Origin: the human T2T-CHM13v2.0 reference genome, Homo sapiens | DNA: 64,000 nucleotides | Direction: 5' to 3' (one strand) | NCBI RefSeq assembly: GCF_009914755.1 | Contig: NC_060937.1 | Shown here: one piece after another, positions 1 through 13,800 of the stretch | Numbering within the stretch: position 1 is the stretch's first letter | Layout: each line of letters begins with the position of its first letter | Program-made: the position numbers and the translations under genes | Notes under the pieces: generated by a model | What the model was told of the DNA's origin: nothing | Database searches by the model: none | Seen by the model: the letters and a program-made list of their open reading frames with translations, nothing else

Positions 1-39
1 ACAAAAAATATCAAAGTACCCAAAGCATGTATTATATAC

Positions 40-417
40 TGTACATAAAATATGAAAGTACATCAAATATATATTTTATTCTGTACATAAAATATCAAAG
101 TACACCAGATATATATTCTATAGTGTACATAAAATATCAAAGTACCCAAACTATACATTATATACTGTACATAAAATATGAAATTACATCAAATATATAT
201 TATATTAGGTACATAAAATATGAAAGTACATCAAATATAGATTATATACTGTACATTAAATACCAAAGTACCCCAAATATATATTTTATACTGTACATGA
301 AATTTCAAAGTTCACAAACTATATATTATATACTGTACATAAAATATCAAAGTACCCAAGGTATATATTCTATACTGTACAAAAAATATCAAAGTACCCA
401 AAGCATGTATTATATAC
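40..417 (+). repeat. Representative 378-bp higher-order repeat (9 x 42 bp); about 170 such units fill the window
   Basis: TGTACATAAAATATGAAAGTACATCAAATATATATTTTATTC starts at 40 and again at 418. Nine distinguishable monomers in fixed order, labelled by conceptual translation: m1 ESTSNIYFIL, m2 QSTPDIYSIV, m3 QSTQTIHYIL, m4 EITSNIYYIR, m5 ESTSNIDYIL, m6 QSTPNIY(F/Y)IL, m7 QSSQTIYYIL, m8 QSTQGIYSIL, m9 QSTQSMYYIL. 378 bp is the known HSat1A 9-mer period. Confidence 0.95.
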
Positions 418-3400
418 TGTACATAAAATATGAAAGTACATCAAATATATATTTTATTCTGTACATAAAATATCAAAGTACACCAGATATATATTCTATA
501 GTGTACATAATATATAAAAGTACCCAAACTATACATTATATACTGTACATAAAATATGAAATTACATCAAATATATATTATATTAGGTACATAAAATATG
601 AAAGTACATCAAATATAGATTATATACTGTACATTAAATACCAAAGTACCCCAAATATATATTTTATACTGTACATGAAATATCAAAGTTCACAAAATAT
701 ATATTATATACTGTACATAAAATATCAAAGTACCCAAGGTATATATTCTATACTGTACAAAAAATATCAAAGTACCCAAAGCATGTATTATAAACTATAC
801 ATAAAATATGAAAGTACATCAAATATATATTTTATTCTGTACCTAAAATATCAAAGTACACCAGATATATATTCTATAGTGTACATAAAATATCAAAGTA
901 CCCAAACTATACATTATATACTGTACATAAAATATGAAATTACATCAAATATATATTATATTAGGTACATAAAATATGAAAGTACATCAAATATAGATTA
1001 TATACTGTACATAAAATATCAAAGTACTCCAAATATATATTATATACTCTACATGAAATATCAAAGTTCACAAACTATATATTATATACTGTACATAAAA
1101 TATCAAAGTACCCAAGGTATATATTCTATACTGTAGAAAAAATATCAAAGTACCCAAAGCATGTATTATATACTGTACATAAAATATGAAAGTACATCAA
1201 ATATATATTTTATTCTGTACATAAAATATCAAAGTACACCAGATATATATTCTATAGTGTACATAAAATATCAAAGTACCCAAACTATACATTATATACT
1301 GTACATAAAATATGAAATTACATCAAATATATATTATATTAGGTACATAAAATATGAAAGTACATGAAATATAGATTATATACTATACATTAAATACCAA
1401 AGTACCCCAAATATATATTTTATACTGTACATGAAATTTCAAAGTTCACAAACTCTATATTATATACTGTACATAAAATATCAAAGTACCCAAGGTATAT
1501 ATTCTATACTGTACAAAAAATATCAAAGTTCCCAAAGCATGTATTATATACTGTATATAAAATATGAAAGTACATCAAATATATATTTTATTCTGTACAT
1601 AAAATGTCAAAGTACACCAGATATATATTCTATAGTTTACATAAAATAACAAAGTACAAAAACTATAAATTATATACTGTACATAAAATATGAAATTACA
1701 TCAAATATATATTAGGTACATAAAATATGAAAGTACATCAAATATAGATTATATACTGTACATAAAATATCAATGTACCCCAAATATATGTTTTATACTC
1801 TACATGAAATATCAAAGTTCACAAACCATATATTATATACTGTACATAAAATATCAAATTACCCAAGGTATATATTCTATACTGTACAAAAAATATCAAA
1901 GTAACCAAAGCATCTATTATATATTGTACATAAAATATGAAAGTATATCAAATATATATTTTATTCTGTACATAAAATATCAAAGTACACCAGATATATA
2001 TTCTATAATGTACATAAAATATCAAAGTACCCAAACTATACATTATATACTGTACATAAAATATGAAATTACATCAAATATATTTTATATTAGGTACATA
2101 AAATATGAAAGTACATCAAATATAGATTATATACTGTACATTAAATACCAAAGTACCCCAAATATATATTTTATACTGTACATGAAATATCAAAGTTCAC
2201 AAACTATATATTATATACTGTACATATAATATCAAAGTACCCGAGGTATATATTCTATACTGTACAAAGAATAACAAAGTACCAAAAACATGTATTATAT
2301 ACTGTACCTAAAATATGAAAGTACATCAAATATATATTTTATTCTGTACATAAAATATCAAAGTACACCAGATATATATTCTATAGTGTACATAAAATAT
2401 CAAAGTACCCAAACTATACATTATATACTGTACATAAAATATGAAATTACATCAAATATATATTATATTAGGTACATAAAATATGAAAGTACATCAAATA
2501 TAGATTATGTACTGTACATTAAATACCAAAGTACCCCAAATATATATTTTATACTGTACATGAAATTTCAAAGTTCACAAACTATATATTATATACTGTA
2601 CATAAAATATCAAAGTACCCAAGGTATATTTTCTATACTGTACAAAAAATATCAAAGTACCCAAAGCATGTATTATATTCTGTACATAAAATATGAAAGT
2701 ACGTCAAATATATATTTTATTCTGTACATAAAATATCAAAGTACACCAGATATATATTCTATAGTGTACATAAAATAACAAAGTACACAAACTATAAATT
2801 ATATACTGTACATAAAATATGAAATTACATCAAATATATATTAGGTACATAAAATATGAAAGTACATCAAATATAGATTATATACTGTACATATAATATC
2901 AATGTACCCCAAATATATATTTTGTACTCTACATGAAATATCAAAGTTCACAAACCATATATTATATACTGTACATAAAATATCAAAGTACCCAAGGTAT
3001 ATATTCTGTACTGTACAAAAAATATCAAAGTACCCAAAGCATGTATTATATACTGTATATAAAATATGAAAGTACATCAAATATATATTTTATTCTGTAC
3101 ATAAAATATCAAAGTACACCAGATATATATTCTATAGTGTACATAAAATATCAAAGTACCCAAACTATACATTATATACTGTACATAAAATATGAAATTA
3201 CATCAAATATATATTATATTAGGTACATAAAATATGAAAGTACATCAAATATATATTATATACTGTACATAAAATATCAAAGTACCCAAATATATATTAC
3301 ATACTCTACATGAAATATCAAAGTTCACAAACTATATATTATATACTGTACATAAAATATCAAAGTACCGAAGGTATATATTCTATACTGTACAAAAAAT

Positions 3401-5382
3401 ATCAATGTACCCAAAGCATGTATTATATACTGTATATAAAATATGAAAGTACATCAAATATATATTTTATTCTGTACATAAAATATCAAAGTATACCAGA
3501 TATATATTCTATAGTGTACACAAAATATCAAAGTACCCAAACTATACATTATATACTGTACATAAAATATGAAATTACATCAAATATATATTAGGTACAT
3601 AAAATATGAAAGTACATCAAATATAGATTATATACTGTACATAAAATATCAAAGTACCCCAAATATATATTATATACTGTACATGAAATATCAAAATTCA
3701 CAAACTATATATTATATACTGTACATAAAATATCAAAGTACCCAAGGTATATATTCTATACTGTACAAAAAATAACAAAGTACCCAAAGCATGTATTATA
3801 TACTGTACATAAAATATGAAAATACATCAAATATATATTTTATTCTCTACATAATATATGAAAGTACACCAGATATATATTCTATAGTGTACATAAAATA
3901 TCAAAGTACCCAAACTATTTATTATATACTGTACATAAAATATGAAATTACATCAAATATATATTATATTAGGTACATAAAATATGAAAGTACATCAAAT
4001 ATAGATTATATACTGTACATTAAATACCAAAGTACCCCAAATATATATTTTATACTGTACATGAAATATCAAAGTTCACAAACTATATATTATATACTGT
4101 ACATAAAATATCAAAGTACCCAAGGTACATATTCTATACTGTACAAAAAATATCAAAGTACCCACAGCACGTATTATATACTGTACATAAAATATGAAAG
4201 TACATCAAATATATATATTATTCTGTACATAAAATATCAAAGTACACCAGATATATATTCTATAGTGTACATAAAATAACAAAGTACACAAACTATAAAT
4301 TATATACTGTACATAAAATATGAAATTACATCAAATATATATTAGGTACATAAAATATGAAAGTACATCAAATATAGATTATATACTGTACATAAAATAT
4401 CAATGTACCCCAAATATATATTTTATACTCCACATGAAATATCAAAGTTCACAAACCATATATTATATACTGTACATAAAATATCAAAGTACCGAAGGTA
4501 TACATTCTATACTGTACAAAAAATATCAAAGTACCCAAAGCATGTATTATATACTGTACATAAAATATGAAAGTACATCAAATATATATTTTATTCTGTA
4601 CATAAAATATCAAAGTACACCAGATATATATTCTATAGTGTACATAAAATATCAAAGTACCCAAACTATACATTATATACTGTACATAAAATATGAAATT
4701 ACATCAAATATATATTATATTAGGTACATAAAATATGAAAGTACATCAAATATATATTATATACTGTACATAAAATATCAAAGTACCCAAATATATATTA
4801 CATACTCTACATGAAATATCAAAGTTCACAAACTATATATTATATACTGTACATAAAATGTCAAAGTACCGAAGGTATATATTCTATACTGTACAAAAAA
4901 TATCAATGTACCCAAAGCATGTATTATATACTGTATATAAAATATGAAATTACATCAAATATATATTTTATTCTGTACATAAAATATCAAAGTATACCAG
5001 ATATATATTCTATAGTGTACATAAAATATCAAAGTACCCAAACTATACATTATATACTGTACATAAAATATGAAATTGCATCAAATATATATTAGGTACA
5101 TAAAATATGAAAGTACATCAAATATAGATTATATACTGTACATAAAATATCAAAGTACCCCAAATATACATTATATAGTCTACATGAAATATCAAAATAC
5201 ACAAACTATATATTATATAGTGTACATAAAATATCAAACTACCCAAGGTATATATTCTATACTGTACAAAAAATATCAAAGTTCCCAAAGTAAGTATTAT
5301 ATACCGTACATAAAATATGAAAGTACATCAAATATATATTTTATTCTCTACATAAAATATGAAAGTACACAAGATATATATT

Positions 5383-5405
5383 TTATATATAATATAAATA
5401 CATAA
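5383..5405 (+). other. Non-consensus 23-bp patch (net +16 bp) in monomer m2; landmark also at 16250, 21315, 29928, 34616, 62372
   Basis: TTATATATAATATAAATACATAA replaces consensus CTATAGT between GATATATATT and GTACATAAAAT; identical in six places. Confidence 0.9.
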
Positions 5406-8400
5406 GTACATAAAATATCAAAGTACACAAACTATATATTATGTACTGTACATAAAATATGAAATTTCATCAAATATATATTAGGTACATAAAATATGAA
5501 AGTACATCAAATATAGATTGTATACTGTACATAAAATATCAAAGTACACCAAATATATATTATATACTGAACATGAAATATCAAAGTTCACAAACTATAT
5601 ATTATATACTGTACATAAAATATCAAATACACAAGGTATATATTCTATACTGTTCAAAAAATATCAAAGTACCCAAAGCATGTATTATATATTGTACATA
5701 AAATATGAAAGTACATCAAATATATATTTTATTCTGTGCATAAAATACCAAAGTACACCAGATATATATTATATGGTGTACATAAAATATCAATGTACCC
5801 AAACTATACATTAAATACTGTACATAAAATATCAAATTACATCAAATATATATTATATTAGGTACATAAAATATGAAAGTACATCAAATATATATTTTAT
5901 TCTGTACATAAAATATCAAAGTACACCAGATATATATTCTATAGTGTACATAAAATATCAAAGTAGCCAAACTATACATTATATACTGTACATAAAATAT
6001 GAAATTACATCAAATATATATTATATTAGGTACATAAAATATGAAAGTACATGAAATATAGATTATATACTGTACATAAAATATCAAAGTACCCCAAATA
6101 TATATTACATACTCTACATGAAATATCAAATTTCACAAGCCATATATTATATACTGTACATAAAATATCAAAGTACCCAAGGTATATATTCTATACTGTA
6201 CAAAAAATATCAAAGTACCCAAAGCATGTATTATATACTGTACATAAAATATGAAATTACATCAAATATATATTTTATTCTGTACATAAAATATCAAAGT
6301 ACACCAGATATATATTCTATAGTGTACATAAAATTACAAAGTACACAAACTATACATTATATACTGTACATAAAATATGAAATTACATCAAATATATATT
6401 AGGTACATAAAATATGAAAGTACATCAAATATAGATTATATACTGTACATAAAATATCAAAGTACCCCAAATATATATTATATACTCTACATGAAATATC
6501 AAAGTTCACAAACTATATATTATATACTGTATATAAAATATCAAATTACCCAAGGTATATATTCTATACTGTACAAAAAATATCAAAGTACCCAAAGCAT
6601 GTATTATATACTGTATATAAAATATGAAAGCACATCAAATATATATTTTATTCTGTACATAAAATATCAAAGTACACCAGATATATATTCTATAGTGTAC
6701 ATAAAATATCAAAGTACCCAAACTATACATTATATACTGTACATAAAATATGAAATTACATCAAATATGTATTATATTAGGTACATAAAATATGAAAGTA
6801 CATCAAATATAGATTATATACTGTACATAAAATATCAAAGTACCCCAAATATATATTATATACTCTACATGAAATATTAAAGTTCACAAACTATATATTA
6901 TATACTGTACATAAAATATCAAAGTACCCAAGGTATATATTCTATAATGTACAAAAAATATCAAAGTACCCAAAGCATGTATTATATCCTGTACATAAAA
7001 TATGAAAGTACATCAAGTATATATTTTATTCTGTACATAAAATATCAAAGTACACCAGATATATATTCTATAGTGTACATAAAATAACAAGGTACACAAA
7101 CTATACATTATATACTGTACATAAAATATGAAATTACATCAAATATATATTAGGTACATAAAATATGAAAGTACATCAAATATAGGTTATATACTGTACA
7201 TAAAATATCAAAGTACCCCAAATATATATTATATACTCTACATGAAATATCAAAGTTCACAAACTATATATTATATACTGTACATAAAATATCAAAGTAC
7301 CCAAAGTATATATTCTATACTGTACAAAAAATATCAAAGTACCCAAAGCATGTATTATATACTGTACATAAAATATGAAAGTTCATCAAATATATATTTT
7401 ATTCTGTACATAAAATATCAAAGTACACCAGATATATATATCTATAGTGTACATAAAATATCAAAGTATGCAAACTATACATTATATACTGTACATAAAA
7501 TATGAAATCACATCAAATATATATTATATTAGGTACATAAAATATGAAAGTACATCAAATATAGATTATATACTGTACATTAAATACCAAAGTACCCCAA
7601 ATATATATTTTATACTGTACATGAAATATCAAAGTTCACAAACTATATGTTATATACTGTACATAAAATATCAAAGTACCCGAGGTATATATTCTATACA
7701 GTACAAAAAATATCAAAGTACCCAAAGCATGTATTATATACTGTACATAAAATATGAAAGTACATCAAATATATATTTTATTCTGTACATAAAATATCAA
7801 AGTACACCAGATATATATTCTATAGTGTACATAAAATATAAAAGTACCCAAACTATACATTATATACTGTACATAAAATATGAAATTACATCAAATATAT
7901 TTTATATTAGGTACATAAAATATGAAAGTACATCAAATATAGATTATATACTGTACATTAAATACCAAAGTACCCCAAATATATATTTTGTACTGTACAT
8001 GAAATATCAAAGTTCACAAACTACATATTATATACTGTACATATAATATCAAAGTACCCGAGGTATATATTCTATACTGTACAAAAAATAAGAAAGTACC
8101 AAAAGCATGTAATATATACTGTACCTAAAATATGAAAGTACATCAAATATATATTTTATTCTTTACATAAAATATCAAAGTACACCAGATATATATTCTA
8201 TATTGTACATAAAATATCAAAGTACCCAAACTATACATTATATACTGTACATAAAATATGAAATTACATCAAATATATATTAGGTACATAAAATATGAAA
8301 GTACATCAAATATAGATTATATACTGTACATAAAATATCAAAGTACCCCAAATATATATTATATACTGTACATGAAATATCAGAGTTCACAAACTATATA

Positions 8401-10867
8401 TTATATACTGTACATAAAATATCAAAGTACCCAAGGTATATATTCTATACTGTACAAAAAATATCAAAGTACCCAAAGCATGTATTATATACTGTACATA
8501 AAATATGAAAGTACATCAAATATATATTTTATTCTGTACATAAAATATCAAAGTACACCAGATATATATTCTATAGTGTACATAAAATAACAAAGTACAA
8601 AAACTATAAAATACATACTGTACATAAAATATGAAATTACATCAAATATATATTAAGTACATAAAATATGAAAGTACATCAAATATAGATTATATACTGT
8701 ACATAAAATATCAATGTACCCCAAATATATATGTTATACTCTACATGAAATATCAAAGTTCACAAACCATATATTATATACTGTACATAAAATATCAAAG
8801 TACCCAAGTTATATATTCTATAATATACAAAAAATATCAAAGTACCCAAAGCATGTATTATATACTGTACATAAAATATGAAAGTACATCAAATATATAT
8901 TTTATTCTTTACATAAAATATCAAAGTACACCAGATATATATTCTATAGTGTACATAAAATATCAAAGTACCCAAACTATACATTATATACTGTACATAA
9001 AATATGAGATTACATCCAATATATATTATATTAGGTACATAAAATATGAAAGTACATCAAATATAGATTATATAGTGTACATAAAATATCAAAGTACCCC
9101 AAATATATATTTTATACTCGACATGAAATATCAAAGTTCAGAAACCATATCTTATATACTGTACATAAAATATCAAAGTACCCAAGGTATATATTCTATA
9201 CTGTACAAAAAATATCAAAGTACCCTAATCAAGTATTATATACTGTACATAAAATATGAAAGTACATCAAATATATATTTTATTCTGTACATAAAATATC
9301 AAAGTACACCAGATATATATTCTATAGTGTACATAAAATATCAAAGTACCCAAACTATACATTATATACTGTACATAAAATATGAAATTATATCAAATAT
9401 ATATTATATTAGGTACATAAAATATGAAAGTACATCAAATATATATTATATACTGTACATAAAATATCAAAGTACCCAAATATATATTACATACTCTACA
9501 TGAAATATCAAAGTTCACAAACTATATATTATATACTGTACATAAAATGTCAAAGTACCGAAGGTATATATTCTATATTGTACAAAAAATATCAATGTAC
9601 CCAAAGCATGTATTATATACTGTATATAAAATATGAAATTACATCAAATATATATTATATTCTGTACATAAAATATCAAAGTATACCAGATATATATTCT
9701 ATAGTGTACATAAAATATCAAAGTACCCAAACTATACATTATATACTGTACATAAAATATGAAATTGCATCAAATATATATTAGGTACATAAAATATGAA
9801 AGTACATCAAATATAGATTATATACTGTACATAAAATATCAAAGTACACCAGATATATATTCTATAGTGTACATAAAATATCAAAGTACCCAAACTATAC
9901 ATTATATACTGTTTTAAAATATGAAATTACATCAAATATATATTAGGTACATAAAATATGAAAGTACATCAAATATAGATTATATACTGTACATTAAATA
10001 CCAAAGTACCCCAAATATATATTTTATACTGTACATGAAATATCAAAGTTCACAAACTATATATTATATACTGTACATAAAATATCAAAGTACCCAAGGT
10101 ATATATTCTGTACTGTACAAAAAATAACAAAGTACCAAAAGCATGTATTATAAACTGTACATAAAATATGAAAGTACATCAAATATATATTTTATTCTGT
10201 ACATAAAATATCAAAGTACACCAGATATATATTATATAGTGTACATAAAATATCAAAGTACCCAAACTATACATTATATACTGTACATAAAATATGAAAT
10301 TACATCAAATATATATTATATTAGGTACATAAAATATGAAAGTACATCAAATATAGATTATATACTGTACATAAAATATCAAAGTACTCCAAATATATAT
10401 TATATACTCTACATGAAATATCAAAGTTCACAAACTATATATTATATACTGTACATAAAATATCAAAATACCCAAGGTATATATTCTATACTGCACAAAA
10501 AATATCAAAGTACCCAAAGCATGTATTGTATACTGTATATAAAATATGAAAGTACATCAAATATATATTTTATTCTGTACATAAAATATCAAAGTACACC
10601 AGATATATATTCTATAGTGTACATAAAATAACAAAGTACACAAACTATAAATTATATACTGTACATAAAATATGAAATTACATCAAATATATATTAGGTA
10701 CATAAAATATGAAAGTACATCAAATATAGATTATATACTGTACATAAAATATCAATGTACCCCAAATATATATTTTATGCTCCACATGAAATATCAAAGT
10801 TCAGAGACCATATATTGTATACTGTACATAAAATATCAAAACACCCAAGGTATACATTCTATACTGT

Positions 10868-13800
10868 ACAAAAAATATCAAAGTACCCAAAGCATGTATT
10901 ATATACTGTACATAAAATATGAAAGTACATCAAATATATATTTTATTCTGTACATAAAATATCAAAGTACACCAGATATATATTCTATAGTGTACATAAA
11001 ATATCAAAGTACCCAAACTATACATTATATACTGTACATAAAATATGAAATTACATCAAATATATATTATATTAGGTACATAAAATATGAAAGTACATCA
11101 AATATAGATTATATACTGTACATTAAATACCAAAGTACCCCAAATATATATTTTATACTGTACATGAAATTTCAAAGTTCACAAACTATATATTATATAC
11201 TGTACATAAAATATCAAAGTACCCAAGGTATATATTCTATACTGTACAAAAAATATCAAAGTACCCAAAGCATGTATTATATACTGTACATAAAATATGA
11301 AAGTACATCAAATATATATTTTATTCTGTACATAAAATATCAAAGTACACCAGATATATATTCTATAGTGTACATAATATATAAAAGTACCCAAACTATA
11401 CATTATATACTGTACATAAAATATGAAATTACATCAAATATATATTATATTAGGTACATAAAATATGAAAGTACATCAAATATAGATTATATACTGTACA
11501 TTAAATACCAAAGTACCCCAAATATATATTTTATACTGTACATGAAATATCAAAGTTCACAAAATATATATTATATACTGTACATAAAATATCAAAGTAC
11601 CCAAGGTATATATTCTATACTGTACAAAAAATATCAAAGTACCCAAAGCATGTATTATAAACTATACATAAAATATGAAAGTACATCAAATATATATTTT
11701 ATTCTGTACCTAAAATATCAAAGTACACCAGATATATATTCTATAGTGTACATAAAATATCAAAGTACCCAAACTATACATTATATACTGTACATAAAAT
11801 ATGAAATTACATCAAATATATATTATATTAGGTACATAAAATATGAAAGTACATCAAATATAGATTATATACTGTACATAAAATATCAAAGTACTCCAAA
11901 TATATATTATATACTCTACATGAAATATCAAAGTTCACAAACTATATATTATATACTGTACATAAAATATCAAAGTACCCAAGGTATATATTCTATACTG
12001 TAGAAAAAATATCAAAGTACCCAAAGCATGTATTATATACTGTACATAAAATATGAAAGTACATCAAATATATATTTTATTCTGTACATAAAATATCAAA
12101 GTACACCAGATATATATTCTATAGTGTACATAAAATATCAAAGTACCCAAACTATACATTATATACTGTACATAAAATATGAAATTACATCAAATATATA
12201 TTATATTAGGTACATAAAATATGAAAGTACATGAAATATAGATTATATACTATACATTAAATACCAAAGTACCCCAAATATATATTTTATACTGTACATG
12301 AAATTTCAAAGTTCACAAACTCTATATTATATACTGTACATAAAATATCAAAGTACCCAAGGTATATATTCTATACTGTACAAAAAATATCAAAGTTCCC
12401 AAAGCATGTATTATATACTGTATATAAAATATGAAAGTACATCAAATATATATTTTATTCTGTACATAAAATGTCAAAGTACACCAGATATATATTCTAT
12501 AGTTTACATAAAATAACAAAGTACAAAAACTATAAATTATATACTGTACATAAAATATGAAATTACATCAAATATATATTAGGTACATAAAATATGAAAG
12601 TACATCAAATATAGATTATATACTGTACATAAAATATCAATGTACCCCAAATATATGTTTTATACTCTACATGAAATATCAAAGTTCACAAACCATATAT
12701 TATATACTGTACATAAAATATCAAATTACCCAAGGTATATATTCTATACTGTACAAAAAATATCAAAGTAACCAAAGCATCTATTATATATTGTACATAA
12801 AATATGAAAGTATATCAAATATATATTTTATTCTGTACATAAAATATCAAAGTACACCAGATATATATTCTATAATGTACATAAAATATCAAAGTACCCA
12901 AACTATACATTATATACTGTACATAAAATATGAAATTACATCAAATATATTTTATATTAGGTACATAAAATATGAAAGTACATCAAATATAGATTATATA
13001 CTGTACATTAAATACCAAAGTACCCCAAATATATATTTTATACTGTACATGAAATATCAAAGTTCACAAACTATATATTATATACTGTACATATAATATC
13101 AAAGTACCCGAGGTATATATTCTATACTGTACAAAGAATAACAAAGTACCAAAAACATGTATTATATACTGTACCTAAAATATGAAAGTACATCAAATAT
13201 ATATTTTATTCTGTACATAAAATATCAAAGTACACCAGATATATATTCTATAGTGTACATAAAATATCAAAGTACCCAAACTATACATTATATACTGTAC
13301 ATAAAATATGAAATTACATCAAATATATATTATATTAGGTACATAAAATATGAAAGTACATCAAATATAGATTATGTACTGTACATTAAATACCAAAGTA
13401 CCCCAAATATATATTTTATACTGTACATGAAATTTCAAAGTTCACAAACTATATATTATATACTGTACATAAAATATCAAAGTACCCAAGGTATATTTTC
13501 TATACTGTACAAAAAATATCAAAGTACCCAAAGCATGTATTATATTCTGTACATAAAATATGAAAGTACGTCAAATATATATTTTATTCTGTACATAAAA
13601 TATCAAAGTACACCAGATATATATTCTATAGTGTACATAAAATAACAAAGTACACAAACTATAAATTATATACTGTACATAAAATATGAAATTACATCAA
13701 ATATATATTAGGTACATAAAATATGAAAGTACATCAAATATAGATTATATACTGTACATATAATATCAATGTACCCCAAATATATATTTTGTACTCTACA

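Larger units (their letters stand above)
1..10867 (+). repeat. 10,867-bp super-repeat, copy A (complete period; phase set arbitrarily by window start)
   Basis: ORFs and rare variants recur at +10,867 (1161->12028, 2290->13157, 3791->14658, 5070->15937, 5518->16385). Confidence 0.93.

Noticed and set aside
2841-3080. 79-aa minus-strand ORF recurring at 13708, 18773, 27386, 59830
   Set aside because: Recurrence simply tracks the super-repeat; it is antisense satellite translation with no coding signature.
10672-12003. 443-aa Tyr/Ile/Lys-rich ORF (also 24350-25681, 27-1136, 57545-58435) and all other + strand ORFs
   Set aside because: They are translations of the 42-bp (14-codon) monomer, whose consensus happens to be stop-free in one frame. 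Stops and frameshifting 1- and 5-bp indels are scattered freely and copied with the repeat (copy E has a new stop at ~58433). There is no domain, promoter or splice evidence.
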